From Selaginella moellendorffii (taxonomy: Eukaryota > Plantae > Lycopodiophyta), in contig NW_003314338.1 of NCBI RefSeq assembly GCF_000143415.4, positions 274,157-338,156 of the forward strand: 64,000 nucleotides of DNA. Direction: 5' to 3'. A program made the translations under genes and the position numbers. How positions within the stretch are numbered: the first letter of the stretch is position 1; each line of letters starts with the position of its first letter. Under the pieces are notes generated by a model. It was not told where the DNA came from. It saw nothing but the letters and a program-made list of their open reading frames with translations, and made no database searches. Below, piece after piece: positions 60,978-64,000 of this stretch.

Positions 60978-62166
60978 TGTAGCGGTTCTAAAATGGGCGT
61001 AAGCCCGGGCAAGGCTTACTGGAGTCCACAGCAGGTCAAAGCCCTTACTGTGCTCAGATCTTGTTCGCCCTTGCTTGTTGTGCTGTTCCCAAGCCAATCT
61101 TCTCCCCTAGCCCTAGCTCCCTTTATCACCACCCTGCTGCATCTCAATACCGCTGATGCGCCGCCCGACCTCTGTAACATACCGGTCTCCTCCCCACCAC
61201 GTTGGATCTCCCTGCCGAGTCATCTCTGTCCATGTCATCATCCACGTGTTCTGCCTCACTTTGTTCTACGGGCTCGTTTTTTATTGGCCGCTACAGCTGT
61301 AGCGGTTCTTCTCCCCCATAAAATGGAGACACTTCCACGCGTTTCCCCTTGCCATCTTAGTGGTCTCCTACCTTGTGTGGTGGTTTGAGTGTCAGGGTCA
61401 AGATTGAGCGTTGCATGCCTCATTCTGATGCCAGTACTTCCCTCACCTGTTGTGGTTCACTCCCCCAGCTGCTACACAGAATTTGGATCTGTGAACTTGT
61501 TGGGTGATTGTGTATGGTCCTTCGTAGCTAGCACCTAGGGTAGATCACCAAGATCCCCCCACCACTGGCCTCCTCGGCTCAGCTCATTCCTCAGCCCCCT
61601 GGCTGGATGTATGGCAGCTCCAACCTTTGGATGCCATGCCTTGTGACCAAACCTCTTTGGTCACACTGGCTGTCCTAGCCAGGAAAGTCCTTTGGCCATC
61701 CGTGTCCTCCATGCATGACACAATGCACATCCCCGCACAAGCCCTCATGCTCAAAGTTTCAGTCATGCCAGAAATGGAATTGAAAAAGAAAATTCGTATA
61801 GACTCCAGTATTCCCAGCCCAGATGTGATGAAGTGCCCCTCATCTCCACCATAAAATGGGTGTAAAGCCCGGGCGAGGCTTACTGGAGTCCACACCAGGT
61901 CAAAGCCCTTACTGTGCTCAGATCTTGATCGCCCTTGCTCGTCACGCCATTCCCAAGCCAATCCTCTCCCCTAGCCCTAGCTCCCGCCACGCCCTTTATC
62001 ACCGCCCTGCTGCATTCCAAGAAGTCCCCGCTGATGCGCCACCCGATCCTCTGTAATAACAAACCGGTCTCCTCCCCGCCACGTCAGATCTCCCTGCGGA
62101 GTCATCTCTGTCCATGTCATCATCCACGTGTTCTGCCTCACTTTGTTCTACGGGTTGGCCGCTACA
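60978..62166 (-). mobile_element. Non-autonomous retroelement with split / circularly permuted LTRs
   Basis: TGTAGCGG...CCGCTACA termini, flanks CCAG/CCGG, ~310-bp direct repeats 60989-61295 and 61852-62166, tRNA-Ala-like PBS 61836-61851, PPT ~61308-61317, internal palindrome 61288-61305. Confidence 0.75.
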
Positions 62167-63239
62167 CCGGTTACAAGAGTCCTTGGAGTCCACGGAAAAC
62201 ATAGATACATTGTTTTCTAAAGGTAATTTGGCTTGCTATCCTCAGGGCGAGGTTCCCCTGCATCATAATTTCCTGCTTTCCAAAACAGGAAACATCTTCT
62301 TGGCAGCGGTGTACAAACACTACATCATTGTTCTGTGGAGCGTCCTTCTGTTTCAGCAGAAAATCAATGAAGTCAGCGGGCATACACTTGATCTTTTGCT
62401 TCTTATATTGGTCACACCAGCCTTTCTATTTTTAGCCTTTCTTAGGATCTGACAGGGACAGATGCCACTCTTCATCCTCTTCCATCCTTCACAAACCCTA
62501 TAAAACAGATCAGGCGAATGCAAAAGGCCATAAACTTGAAGATGGTGCACAGACAATAAGAACACAAAATGCTGCAAATCTGTGTAACATAACGCACTAT
62601 TGGTGGTGTTGTCAAGCACGCAAATACCTAGCCAAATAAGTCACTGTCTATAGTATCATGTAATTTTATTCTGGGTCTTGATTTGAGTTTCAAGGGTGGT
62701 ATTTTCAATAACCTATTTTGTGACACTCAACACACGCTTCAAACCATTCCAAAAAGACAAATGGGTCTCATAGTAGCTCACGGTTCATTTCACATTGCCT
62801 GGTGATCATTGTTTTCTAACTTGCTACAATCTTGACTCCAAAAGAAGTTTATTTCCTTTTTTTCTTATGCTTCTCTGCTTTACTTCACTGGCCTCGCAAT
62901 TGGAAGATTTTTAACTCAAAGGCCATTACCTTATCTCGCAACTGCTGTAGCCCTGAGTCCTTTGCCACAAATATCGCTGAGGGTTCATGTTTGATGCTGT
63001 TTACCGTGGCATGCAGATCATGCACTGCTAACTGTTCTAATCATGATCATGCATTATGCTAACTGCTCTTTGGCCTGTGTAGACAGAAGAAATGTCGATT
63101 TATGTTGGTGAAAGACCCTCCCCTCAGGTTCATACGTCCAGTAACGACTATAGCTAGTAGCAGTCACTTGTTCATCCAGTAACTTCATGTAAACAAATCA
63201 AAAGAAAATAGAGCTGCAGCTTAGTTGAAATCCTGTGCT

Positions 63240-63720
63240 TTCAGAATCAAATTTGCTTGTAGAACATGTGAAAGTCACTACACATTTCATAAAAGCACTT
63301 ACTGCTGCCTGAATACACAGGGAAACGTAATAGCAAGTCCATGAGATTAAAGAGCACGTATGAACTTTCTTTGACACCAATGATACTGTCTTCTATCACG
63401 ATGCACTTGTCCGGAGTTTTTGAAAAACAAAAAAACTGATTAAAATAACACGAGCAGAAAACCACGTTTACCTCTTCTGCGACTTTGTAGAACATTGGAT
63501 TTGGTTTTTCTTCTTTGACATCATCGCTATCAAACTATGAGAAATTTTCATAGTTTGGTTTTGATCTATCTGTTAGAACTGAGGAATAATTACAAATCTG
63601 GTTGCGTTCGGAGAGCAACTTGTTCGATGCTTCTTCCTGAGATTATAATGATGATTTCTTGATAGGCATTTTTTATTTTTTTTGAAAAAAGTAAAAACCA
63701 CAGAACTTTCACATGGCAGC
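63240..63720 (-). pseudogene. CbbY-like HAD-superfamily hydrolase fragment
   Basis: DSDDVKEEKPNPMFYKVAEE, KCIVIEDSIIGV and QAAVSAFMKCVVTFTCST in short-intron-separated exons; motif I not found. Confidence 0.7.
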
Positions 63721-64000
63721 ATTGCATGGACCAGACCTGTAAGTTTTCAAGTTTCAATGGTTCTGGCAAAGACCACATCGAAACTGGGGTAGAATTGCCA
63801 GCAGCCTCCCCATGCTACGACTCAAAGATGGCTCTCTTTCTCTCGGGACTTTATCCACATAGGATTTCTGTATCTTGGCTGTTGAAGATGCTTTCCAGCA
63901 GCAACTTTATCCTTGGGAATCATGATGATATCAGTCTATTTGATAGATGAAAAAAGCACTGGCTCTATGTTATTTATGAAGGAATGAAAGTAAGTTTCCC

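Noticed and set aside
60880-62175. Short solo LTR (TGTCACACCC...GGTTACA) enclosing the permuted element
   Set aside because: No matching TSD (TATCA vs AGAGT).

Overview
Eukaryotic, land-plant-like genomic DNA. Introns of ~45-55 nt plus a sperm-flagellar gene suggest a seed-free plant such as Selaginella (inference). The window is mostly nested LTR retrotransposons and decayed gene fragments around one apparently intact host gene (CFAP210-like, 19104-20771). Main elements: (A) a full-length Ty3/gypsy chromovirus, 5060-12605 with TSD TATAT, whose integrase frame is interrupted by two short GT-AG introns, plus two solo LTRs of the same family; (B) a non-autonomous LTR family (full copies 34210-41075 and 43259-50639, plus remnants) whose ~4-kb non-coding interior is a near-continuous chain of short hairpins and which shares PBS, pre-PPT hairpin and a covarying 3' RNA module with family A; (C) a 391-bp TRIM; (D) a 1.2-kb element (60978-62166) with a tRNA-Ala PBS and a PPT but circularly permuted (split) LTRs and an internal palindromic end-to-end junction. 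Pseudogene fragments include BIG ARF-GEF, RPA1-like, UBE2E-like and CbbY-like HAD. All calls come from manual reading and remembered family motifs; no database search or folding program was run.
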